Source of the DNA: Dudresnaya verticillata
Lineage: Eukaryota
Reading direction: 5' to 3'
Length of the DNA stretch: 64,000 bases
Assembly: GCA_977862235.1 (NCBI GenBank)
Contig: OZ374558.1
Coordinates: 2,232,001-2,296,000 of the forward strand
The notes beneath the pieces were generated by a model. That model was not told the origin of the DNA and did no database searches. It saw only the letters and a program-made list of their open reading frames with translations. Shown in pieces: positions 13,654 to 22,800 of the stretch. The position numbers and the translations under genes were made by a program. Position 1 is the stretch's first letter, and each line of letters begins with the position of its first letter.

Positions 13654-13723
13654 GAAGCTTCTAGTTCAGGAACTTCGCTAATTCATTTTTTACAGTACAT
13701 CGCTAAACGTTCATCGTCGTCTA

Positions 13724-13867
13724 AACAAAGAAATCCGGCCATTGATTGCTGGAGTTACTAACAAAGAAATCCGGCCATTGATTTCTGGAGTTACTAACAA
13801 AGAAATCCGGCCATTGATTGCTGGAGTTACTAACAAAGAAATCCGGCTATTGATTGCTGGAGTTGCT
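13724..13867 (+). repeat. 36-bp tandem repeat x4 in Copia 5' UTR
   Basis: AACAAAGAAATCCGGCCATTGATTGCTGGAGTTACT repeated head-to-tail with no spacers. Confidence 0.95.
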
Positions 13868-13906
13868 GTCCTTACTGCTCAAAATCGGCAAGAGCCCTGA
13901 GGCAGT

Positions 13907-14536
13907 ATGGAGGTGTCCGAGAAGGTTAAAATCAAGCCTCTGGACTCTAAGTCAGACTACGCTTTATGGCGGATCAGGGTTGAGGCTACCTGCGACGCAA
14001 AGAACCTAGAAGACGTCCTGGAGAATGAAACTTGTAACGACGAGGCAACCGCGGCTGATTTCAAGAAAAGGCAGAGATTGGCAAGCAACATCATAGTCAG
14101 TGCTCTTTCTGACAAGCCTTTGCGTGTTGTCAGGTCTGTGGTTGGCAATCCTTGCAAAATGCTTTCGAAGCTGGACCAGCGCTATGAATCTAAGACGACT
14201 GCTTCTAGGATTTCATGCATGAGTGAACTTCTAACATTAAGGTACATTGACATCGAGAATGACCTTTCTAGTCGTATTGATCGGATGAGCGGGACTCTTG
14301 AGAAACTGAAGATAATGGGCTCAAGTATCGATGAAGTCATGGCTGTCGGAATTTTAATTTCTTCTGTAGAAGCCGAACACCTTCAACCTGTTGCTGCGGC
14401 TATCAAGACATTGGCAGAGGAAAAGGTGAACTGGGAGGATGTTACTGCGCGCTTACTTGAAGAGCAGCAATCACTCGTGGACTTCAAGAAACACGGCTAC
14501 CGCGCTAATGTTGGTCTTCCATCTCAGCGACGTTGT
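13907..14536 (+). pseudogene. Copia gag (N-terminal part, interrupted)
   Basis: LDSKSDYALWRIRVEA...LSKLDQRYE is typical of Copia gag. Homology breaks at ~14536; the ORF track reads on to 14671 into inverted sequence. Confidence 0.85.
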
Positions 14537-14720
14537 TGTTCTCAACACGTTTTTCATTGCCTGGTGTATCATCGTCACTGCCGCTTGGTGCATCATCGTC
14601 ACTGCCAATTGGTGCAGCAGGAGAATGCCCTCCAGCGATATCGTTACAAGTCTCGGAATCATCCGGGTTGAAGGTACTGGGGTGCTCTGGAATATGAGTG
14701 AGTATGTCAGGTGCACCACG

Positions 14721-15616
14721 TGTGGTGCAAAGCGTCCAGTGACGATAGACCGCCGAGCAGTTCGGGGCTCGGTGGGTAGCTGCGCCCTCGGCGGTAGGTA
14801 GTCCCGCCGTGGGCGACTTGGTGGTAGAGCAAAAGGGGCACGCCTTGGGCGGACAGTAAACGCCCGAGGCGGAAAGAGAGGGAAAAGGAAGAGAAAGGGA
14901 ACACGTCAAGGACGATGGTAGACGTGGAAGCACGGGAGGTAGACGTTTAGCCGTAGGCAGCGGTAGAATGCGCGCGTGCGGAACGGGGAAGTCTGGACCA
15001 AGGCCGGCTTGCCCGGGCGTTTACTGTGACGTCTGGGACGGCTTACCTAAGTATAGTACGGCGGCGCGGCGGCGTGCGTGTAGCGCGGGAACTCGGGACA
15101 CGTGTCGTCCCGAGGCGCGTCTGACAGATCACGCGTCGCATGCAGCCGCGCGTCTGATAGATCGCCGTACAATCCCCTGTGTGGGTGCTTACATGTACAC
15201 GTGGACGCGTGTGTCTTACAGCCGCGCGTGCGCGCGCACTGTAGAGCGTTTGCCTTAGATCTAATCTGGTACTTGTCCGATCCTGATCCCATCCGGATCG
15301 GACCAGCAATGCTGATACCCGCAGCCTTACAGGCGCATACCTTACAGCTTAGGCGATCCAGATAGCCAATCTGGATGCCGGATCCGGATCGCATCCGGAT
15401 CCGCGCTACAGTGCCCCGAGGCGCCAGGTCGGCCCAGCACTGTACGGTGCCCGCGTGGCGCGCGGCGCGCAGTGCGCGCGCGCGCCTCAGCAAGCCGTCG
15501 ATGACGTGTTCGCGCGCCAACGGCGGTAGTGAGCGCCGGTGGCGGTTTCTCCGTCGGTCGACGTATTTAGTCCGACCGCTTTCAGCGAAAAAGGGCTCGC
15601 CTCCCCTTGCACCACA
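14721..15616 (-). repeat. Gypsy 3' LTR (896 bp)
   Basis: Direct repeat of 27233-27974; preceded on the minus strand by a polypurine tract. Confidence 0.95.
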
Positions 15617-15630
15617 CGACCCCCCTCCAA
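15617..15630 (-). promoter_or_regulatory. Gypsy polypurine tract
   Basis: Minus strand GGAGGGGGGTCG abuts the TGTGG start of the 3' LTR. Confidence 0.8.
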
Positions 15631-15838
15631 AACGCGAACACGCTCCCGACCCTCAACCTGCCGCCGTGCGTTCTGCCGTTGCGTCCCTGCCGACTTCCGC
15701 GCCTTGCGGACGAGTCCCCGCGCCTTCGCGTATTGTATTGGTGCGCCGCGTGCAACTGCGACCTCGGCTGTGCCGTAAGAACTCCGCTCTTGTTGCGTTT
15801 GCGTATTCGTGCGGCTGCGTACGCTGCCCCGACATCAC

Positions 15839-16222
15839 CGCCTGTGGCGCATAACGAGCTCCGTCGTTGACGTCTATCGTATATCCCTCGCCTGGGGCGT
15901 TGCAACTTAATCGTCATCGACGTCGTTTGCCTTTGGCATCGCCATTGGCGCAGCAGTCAAACGTCGTTGACGCGGGTTTCCTTCGTTCGCCTAAGGCGTC
16001 GCAACAGTAATCGTCTTCGACGTCGTTTGCCTTTTGGCGTCGCCATTGGCGTAGCAGCTGAACGTCGTTGACGTGGGTTTCCTTTCCTCGCCTAAGGCGC
16101 TGCAACAGTAATCGTCCTCGACGCACGCTCCTTGAAGCTTTCGCCAGTGGCGCAGGACACGAGTCATCTTTGACGTTCGTACAAGCATCGCCTTTGGCGT
16201 TAACATATTCTCGTCGTTGACG
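15839..16222. repeat. Phased array of CGCC-NNN-GGCG and CGTC-NNN-GACG palindromes (~50-bp unit)
   Basis: CGCCnnnGGCG at 15839, 15889, 15940, 15988, 16041, 16089, 16142, 16189. CGTCnnnGACG at 15862, 15912, 15962, 16012, 16063, 16113, 16212. Confidence 0.92.
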
Positions 16223-16224
16223 TC

Positions 16225-18321
16225 ATGCCGATGTTCAATGGCATGCAGGTGGCAGCACCTTCGGCTGCGCCGGTGTACGCTTCGCCGGTCGACTTCGTCG
16301 GAAAGAACCCCCGCGATCACGCGCACTTCTTCGCGCGGGCCCCCTGGTTCGACCAGGAGGCCTTGCGCGAGGAAGAAGTAGTTGCTCATTACGCTACTAG
16401 CGGTTTCTTGCCGGGGGGCTTGCCCCTCGGCGTCGTCTGGACGTTGGAATGGAAGTTACGCTGTGCCGTTCCTGCGGAATGTCTTTGGGTGCGAGCGGGA
16501 CAGTCGCGTGCGGACGTCCACGCGCAGTTCGTCTCAGACGTGTATCGTCGCTTCACGGTTTATCCGGGGTCGACGTTAACGCCGCCCCTGTTCAATTATG
16601 ATGCGGGACAATACCGCACAGCCGGCGAAGCCGAATATGGTGCTCGTCTTGGGACGCTGTCGCTCAAACATGTGAGCGTGTCGATTGAGCCTCGTGTGTT
16701 GGGAGAGGCCTACCTCTTAGGCGTACGCTTGAAAGCGGATTTTCGTTACCTGCATCGTACGGGTACGTTATTTTGGGAGCGTTGTATCCGGTGGGAGTAC
16801 GACACGCGTCGCCGAAAGGGCGTATTCGTGCCTTACCAGGACATGCAGGTTGACCGCATTGAGCGTAGTAAGTTGCCGTTTTGTTTCGTGAAGGTACCGC
16901 CAGTGTGGCGCGAGTTTGAGATATGCGAGGGTTTCTCCGTAGAGCTTCCTCCGTGTGTCACGTATCTGGGTTCCGAGCTGATGACCGACCCCTATTCCAG
17001 GTATTGGATCGTGTTTTACACGGAGTGGGTCGCCAATGTGGCGTATGCGTGGTTATGGGAGGTGTATGACACCTTCCGTATGTACCACTTGCCCCCGCGT
17101 GTGGTGGCTCAGCTTGGCAGCCTCGACTTGGTCGAAATATTTGGCGGGTCCCGGAACGCCGAGGAGTTCTGGAACCTGCGCGCTGTGGCGGATGAGATCG
17201 ACTGGAACGACCCGGCAATGGTGCCGTATGCGAACAACCGCCGTAAGGCGAACCGTCCGCGATTCGCGATGAGTCGGACTCACTCCGCCTGTGGCGATTG
17301 GGTCCATTATAACCCGTGGACTAAGCGTCGTACGACGAAGAACATTGCGGAGCGCCATCGCAAAACGGACCGCTTCACCCCGGGTAATCACCCGCGTGGT
17401 TTGCGTAAGAGCTGCGACTTTGTCGGTGATTTTCCTCCGCATCTGAGCGCCTTAATGGCCGAGGAGGATGCGTTTAACGCCGATGGCGGACCGGAGAACC
17501 CGTCTGGGACGGATATTGCTACGCCTATGGCGGTTGAGTCGACTGCCGAGCCTGCGCCCGCGTCTTCGGCTTTGCCCGGAGGCGGTGTCGGTGGCGGTGG
17601 AGTTCCAGCTGGCCTGCCAGCTGTTGCTCCTCTGGACCTTGCGGCTCCCGTCGCTGACGATGATGGCGATGCCGTTATGGCGACGCCAATACTTGAGCCG
17701 GCTCCGCCGACCGTGACGCCTCAAGGCGAAGCATCAAACGTCGCAGACGGTTCTGGGGGTCCAGCTCCGGTGCCGGTTTGGACCGAGGAACAGCGCCGCA
17801 CCGTGCTTGCGTTATTGCAGGCGGCAGGCGTCGCTACTAGCGGTTTGAGCGGCTCACCCACTGAGTGGATGAGCCAAGCTTTGTCGGCTACGGTCCCACC
17901 TCAGGATGGGACCGCGCCGAAGTCGACTAGTGTCGTAGGTTCCGCGTCGAAGGACGGTGTGGCGGAGAAGCCTTCGTCGCCTAAGGCGAATGGTCCGGCG
18001 TCTAAGGAAGTGAATATGACTGTACCGCCTGCGGCGAGCGAGGCGAATGCCACTGTAGCGTCGTCGACGGTTCAAGAGGGGCTAAGTGCTCCTACGTCAT
18101 TGACGGGTGTCGGGTTAACAACGCCGAAGGCGAGTGAAGACGCGACGCCCACCAAGGCGGTTTCCGAACTGACGCCAAAGGCGGTCAACGAGTCGTTGAT
18201 TACGCTTAAAGCGGATGGGGCTGTGACCGCGCCTATGGCGAATGGTAACTTAGGCTCTGCGCTGTTATTGCTTCATCCCTTTGGCGGATATTGTCGCGAC
18301 GACGCCCAAGGCGATCGATGA
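16225..18321 (+). CDS. Antisense extra ORF of the Gypsy element, unknown function (698 aa)
   Basis: Long open frame between pol and the 3' LTR on the opposite strand. About 410 aa of Trp/Tyr/Cys-rich globular-looking sequence, then an Ala/Pro/Thr tail. ORF 18281-18511 may be a frameshifted C-terminus. Confidence 0.85.
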   Translation: MPMFNGMQVAAPSAAPVYASPVDFVGKNPRDHAHFFARAPWFDQEALREEEVVAHYATSGFLPGGLPLGVVWTLEWKLRCAVPAECLWVRAGQSRADVHAQFVSDVYRRFTVYPGSTLTPPLFNYDAGQYRTAGEAEYGARLGTLSLKHVSVSIEPRVLGEAYLLGVRLKADFRYLHRTGTLFWERCIRWEYDTRRRKGVFVPYQDMQVDRIERSKLPFCFVKVPPVWREFEICEGFSVELPPCVTYLGSELMTDPYSRYWIVFYTEWVANVAYAWLWEVYDTFRMYHLPPRVVAQLGSLDLVEIFGGSRNAEEFWNLRAVADEIDWNDPAMVPYANNRRKANRPRFAMSRTHSACGDWVHYNPWTKRRTTKNIAERHRKTDRFTPGNHPRGLRKSCDFVGDFPPHLSALMAEEDAFNADGGPENPSGTDIATPMAVESTAEPAPASSALPGGGVGGGGVPAGLPAVAPLDLAAPVADDDGDAVMATPILEPAPPTVTPQGEASNVADGSGGPAPVPVWTEEQRRTVLALLQAAGVATSGLSGSPTEWMSQALSATVPPQDGTAPKSTSVVGSASKDGVAEKPSSPKANGPASKEVNMTVPPAASEANATVASSTVQEGLSAPTSLTGVGLTTPKASEDATPTKAVSELTPKAVNESLITLKADGAVTAPMANGNLGSALLLLHPFGGYCRDDAQGDR

Positions 18322-19822
18322 GTCTCCCACTTCGTCTGCGGCGCCTGTTGCAGCCACTCCGGCAGTTGCGGTGGCAAGGCCTTTGCGGTCCGCCCCGGCT
18401 CCTGCCGTGAGTGTGCCGTCAACGACGGAGGAAAACCTCTACGAAGAGGCGTTACGTGAGTCCGCCGAAGGCGCTGGGGACGTGCCAGCCGATTCGTCTG
18501 CGACGAAGTAGTCTTGATGTCGTTTCAGGAACGGATAGTGGACGCGAGGTGCGTATTGTGTTGCCTTTCGGCTCCTTTGCGGGAGCGACGAGCGGAGTAT
18601 TCCCCTTCGTCGTTGACGATTAATGTAGCTGTATTGGTCGATCGTTAGGGCGAGGGGTTGTCCCCATTTGTCTTTAGCCCAGTAAACTTCGGCCATTGTC
18701 AGCGTCTTTGTGTGTCGCGTTTCGCGTTGGCCTTAGGGTGTAACCTTGTGCTCCACTTTCGACTTTGCGTCGTGTTCTTAGTTGTCCGCTACAGTAGCGT
18801 TGGCGTTTGATGCGTATAGCCTTGGCCGTTCGTTGGCGCTTGGCTGTGTGTGTCCAGTAGGGTCCGCTGTAGTAGCGTTGTTCTTCGTGTTTCACGCGTG
18901 GCGTTGTCGTATTTCCGCTTACTTAGCGTTTTGTTTTTTGTAGTTCATGTGTCGCACTGCGCCTTGGGCGTGGTTTGTTGGGTCACTCGCCTTGGGCGTG
19001 GTTTGTCGGCGTCCTCGACGACGGTCGCGAAGGCGGTGAGGTAGGTTTTGGCGCTTCGGCGTTGCCACCCCTTTCGTCTTCGACGTTCCTCGTTGTGGGT
19101 AGGGTAGGGTTGTCGGTCGCGCTCGCGCGACTGCGCGGCGGCTGCAGGCAGCGGCGGAGTCGTTGGCGATTTGTTGGCGCGTCGTGCACGGAACCCGCAG
19201 CAACTGCGTCTTCGACCACCTTCCCCCCCCCTTCGGGGGTGGGTTTGTCGGTGCGCCCCTTCTCGGAGAGTTACGTCGGAGACGTTCAATGGGTCTGGCG
19301 CGCGAGACCGTGGCCGGCAGGGTGGCGGTCCCAGGGACTTGGCCGTGGGGCGAGGCGCGTCTCGACGTCGGAGACGGTTGTCGTGCGCTGCCACTTTGCG
19401 CCTGTCGTCGCTGGGGCTCGTAGCACCTGCTCAGCCACTTGGCATAATTGCGTTCGTCGTGCGTTGACGGCGGGGTGGTGCGCGCTGCCGTGTTTAGAAA
19501 TTAAAATTGGACCAATTACTGCCTCATATTACCCGAGGGTCGCCGGCGGCGGATCTCGATTTGCGATCTGGATCCACTGTCAACAGCGCACCCATCTAGG
19601 AGGTCCGTATGGGGGCTGCTGCGAGGTGGCGTGCGCGAGGCTGTCTATGACACAACGACTTGCGTCCGCGTTCGTCCATGGCGTGCACGCGTGGTTGGCG
19701 CTGTCGCTCCGGCGCGCGTCCACAGGGCATGGGTTGAGCTTCCGTGCCGTTGGCGATCGTAGGTCGAGCACGTGGGCTCGATCGTCCGTCCATTCGCTTC
19801 CAGCGGTATTTCCGGACTAGGG

Positions 19823-22800
19823 TTAGCCGCGTTGCGCGTCGTCGACGTTTGGCGGCAGCTGCATACGTTTGCGACGGTGGTATCGTGTGACGTGGGAGCG
19901 CGGCAAGCTGGAGACTGGCTCCCAGGTGTTCGCTGAAGCGGGGTATCCAAACCACTTGACGCGGTAGAGGATCTCATCATCATCCGCGTATGCGTGCGAC
20001 TCTATGCGTTCGATCACGTATTCTGTTCCGCTCACAGCGTTCGGTTTGGACGCGGGCCTGTCCAGCGCCTTTGGCGGTTTGTCTCGTTGCGTGATGGGCG
20101 TCTGTTCCGGTTCGGCGAAGCGCACTCGACGAGTTGATCGCCGAAGGCGTTGGCCTTGGGCCTCGGACGCTCGATCAGCGGTCAGTGGATTGTTGCGTCT
20201 TGAGACGAGTTCATCGCTTGCAGCGCCTTGCTTCGTGCTTGCACGGTTAACGTCTTCGTTATCGGACGCGCTTTCAGCGGAGTCATTGTTCTCATTCGGC
20301 GGTGCCGTAGCGACGTGTTCCAAACGGGTGCGAACCCCTGGGGTACTGTCGTCGTTGGAGACGGATTGCGAAGCGCGGTCGTTGGGATCGGCGGCGAAGG
20401 GCGAAAGCTCTGCCAACCCACGGCTGCGTGACGCGGCGGTCGTACGCTCTTGCGGATCTGTCGCAGTATGCGAAGTGTCTGCGTCCTCTTCCGGGTCCGC
20501 TGGCGGCGTGCTTGGGGTAGTCGTCCCTTCGTCGTGTGACGTGGGGGCGACTGCTCCCTGCTCCTCAGGCGGGCCTGGTGGTACGACGATTGGAGGGGCC
20601 GCCTGACCCGGTGGGGTCGGCGCCCAGACCACGCGGTCTCGGGACAAACGTTCCCGCTCATCACGTCCCTTGTCGACGGTTACTGTTTCGTTATCAACGT
20701 GAGTTACCCGGTATGGTCCGTCCGCCACTGGCGCCAGCTTATGCTTACGCTCTGCGCGATCCGTGCTCCCGCCTCGGGCGAAGTATTCCTTACGTACGAA
20801 TACGAAGTCGCCTACGGCGATCGTTTCTTTCGATTTCCTTAATCGGGTATCGAAGTTTCGTTTGTAACGTGCTTGAGGTTTCTCTAACGACGCTTTAGCG
20901 GTTCCCATCAGTGCGGCCAGCCAGGTTCGCCACTTGGTGTAGTATTGCCCCGCGGTGGGTACGCTTTCGAGCGACGGTTCCGCTTCGAGCGACAGGGGCC
21001 GTGGTGGCTTAGACAGCACCAGTTCAAACGGAGCGAGATGCGTAGACGAATGCAACTGTGTGTTGTATGCGAACGTCAAGGCATCCGTGAACAGGTCCCA
21101 GTCTCTCGGATGATCCGCAACGTAGTGACGCAGCGAGGCCAGGATAGTTCGATTAAATCGTTCTACCTGGCCATTGCATTGCGGATGGTACGTCGTGGTG
21201 AAGAGGTTCTCCACTCCCAACAGACGGCAGATATCCTGAAACAGCTTAGCCACAAACTGTGGTCCGTTGTCGGACAACAGTTTCTTGGGAGGACCGTACA
21301 AGAAGACCCAATGTCGTACAAACGCCTTAGCGATCTCCAATGCCGTAATACTACGCAGTGGGACCGTCCGGACCAGCTTCGAGAAGCGGTCCACAATGAC
21401 GAGTAGGAACTTGTTTCCTCGCTTCGTGCGAATGAGTTCGCCCAGGATGTCGATCGATACAAACTCGAGAGGCTCGGTTGCCGGGAACAACTTCAATTGC
21501 TTGGTGTTCTTTCGTAGTAATACGCGATTCTTAGCGCAAGTTACGCAGTTGCGGACGGTCGCATAGCAGTCCACTGGCATCGATGGCCAATAGTATTCGC
21601 GTCGAAGCGTATGATACAACTTACGCCCCCCTGGGTGCCCTGCCAACTTGGCGTGGTGCCGGAGGTGGAGTAAGCGAGCGCGTAACGCGGAGGGTACGAC
21701 CACTTGCGGACGGACTTCCACTGTTCGGACCAACAGGCCCTGTTCGTCCGTTGCGAACGGCAATATGATTCCGTCATCCAGACGTTTCTTGACATCGTTA
21801 CAGTACTTGTCATCGCCTTGGGCGTGTACCAACTCCTCATGCGTCACTTGACGAAGGAGTACCTCATCCGCCGGTGGCGTGTTGTTGATCAACACTTGGT
21901 CGAACTCTTCGAACTCTCGTTCGGCAAAGGCGACCTCGCCTTCGGCGTCTGACAGATCTTCCTGTGACGTTTGATGGCCGTCTTCGACGTAGCTTCCGTG
22001 ATAGCACGGGATATCGTCGTCAATGGGCGCGACGGTTTCTCCCTTCGTCTGTAGACGCGAAAGGGCATCTGCCTGGGTATTCAGGTACCCCTTTTTGTAC
22101 TTCACGACAAAGTCGAACTCGGAAAGGCGAAGGCGCCACCGCATTAACCGTCCAGAGGGGTCGCTGATTTCCATCAGCCACCTCAACGACGAATGGTCCG
22201 TATGGACTGTGAACGACTCCATCTGGAGGTAAGGTCGCAGCGTCATGACGGACCATACTACTGCGAGGCACTCCTTTTCGGATACCGAGTAGTTACGCTC
22301 CGGAGCGGTGAGCGAGCGGGACCAGAAGCCGAGCGGCTTACGTTCCCCGTCGGGCTGCGTCTGAAAGAGAGCGCAGCCGACCTGATATTCGCTTGCGTCA
22401 CAATCGACGGAATAGGGGAGACCCTGCTGTGGTAGCGCCAGTATAGGCGGATGAGTCACGGCCTCGACGAGCGTACTGAACGCTTTGGCTTGTGTCTCAT
22501 CAAACGGTTGTAACCGGAAGTCCTGTTCCTTCCTCAGCAACTTGTTGAGGGGGGCAGCGACATGCACGTATCGCGAGACGAACCGTCTGTAGACGTTACA
22601 AAGACCGAGAAAACTCCGTAGCTCCTTCTGATCCCGTGGATGCTTGGCTTCGCGTAGCGCGGCAGTGACAGTTCGGTCAACTTCTAACCGTCCTGGACGT
22701 ATGACGTGTCCTAAGTAGTTGACGGTCAGGGTGAAGAAGTCACACTTGGTTAACTTCAGAGTCACCCCGGCGCGGTGCAATGTCGAAAGGATCTCGTCAA

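Noticed and set aside
13724..13867. 36-bp repeats resembling a CRISPR array
   Set aside because: Head-to-tail with no spacers, inside a Copia 5' UTR, and no cas genes.
14505..15854. ORFs overlapping the Gypsy LTRs (also 27006-27999)
   Set aside because: Incidental frames in GC-rich LTR sequence that cross element boundaries.
15839..16222. Palindromic array as CRISPR
   Set aside because: Repeats are only 11 bp, intervening sequence is itself partly repeated, and the context is a eukaryotic retrotransposon.
16225..18321. Extra ORF as an envelope (env) gene
   Set aside because: Antisense to gag-pol, with no signal peptide or transmembrane anchor.
18975..19820. 281-aa plus-strand ORF in the Gypsy 3' spacer
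   Set aside because: Non-ATG start, GC-rich stop-poor DNA with many overlapping ORFs, and no recognisable motif.
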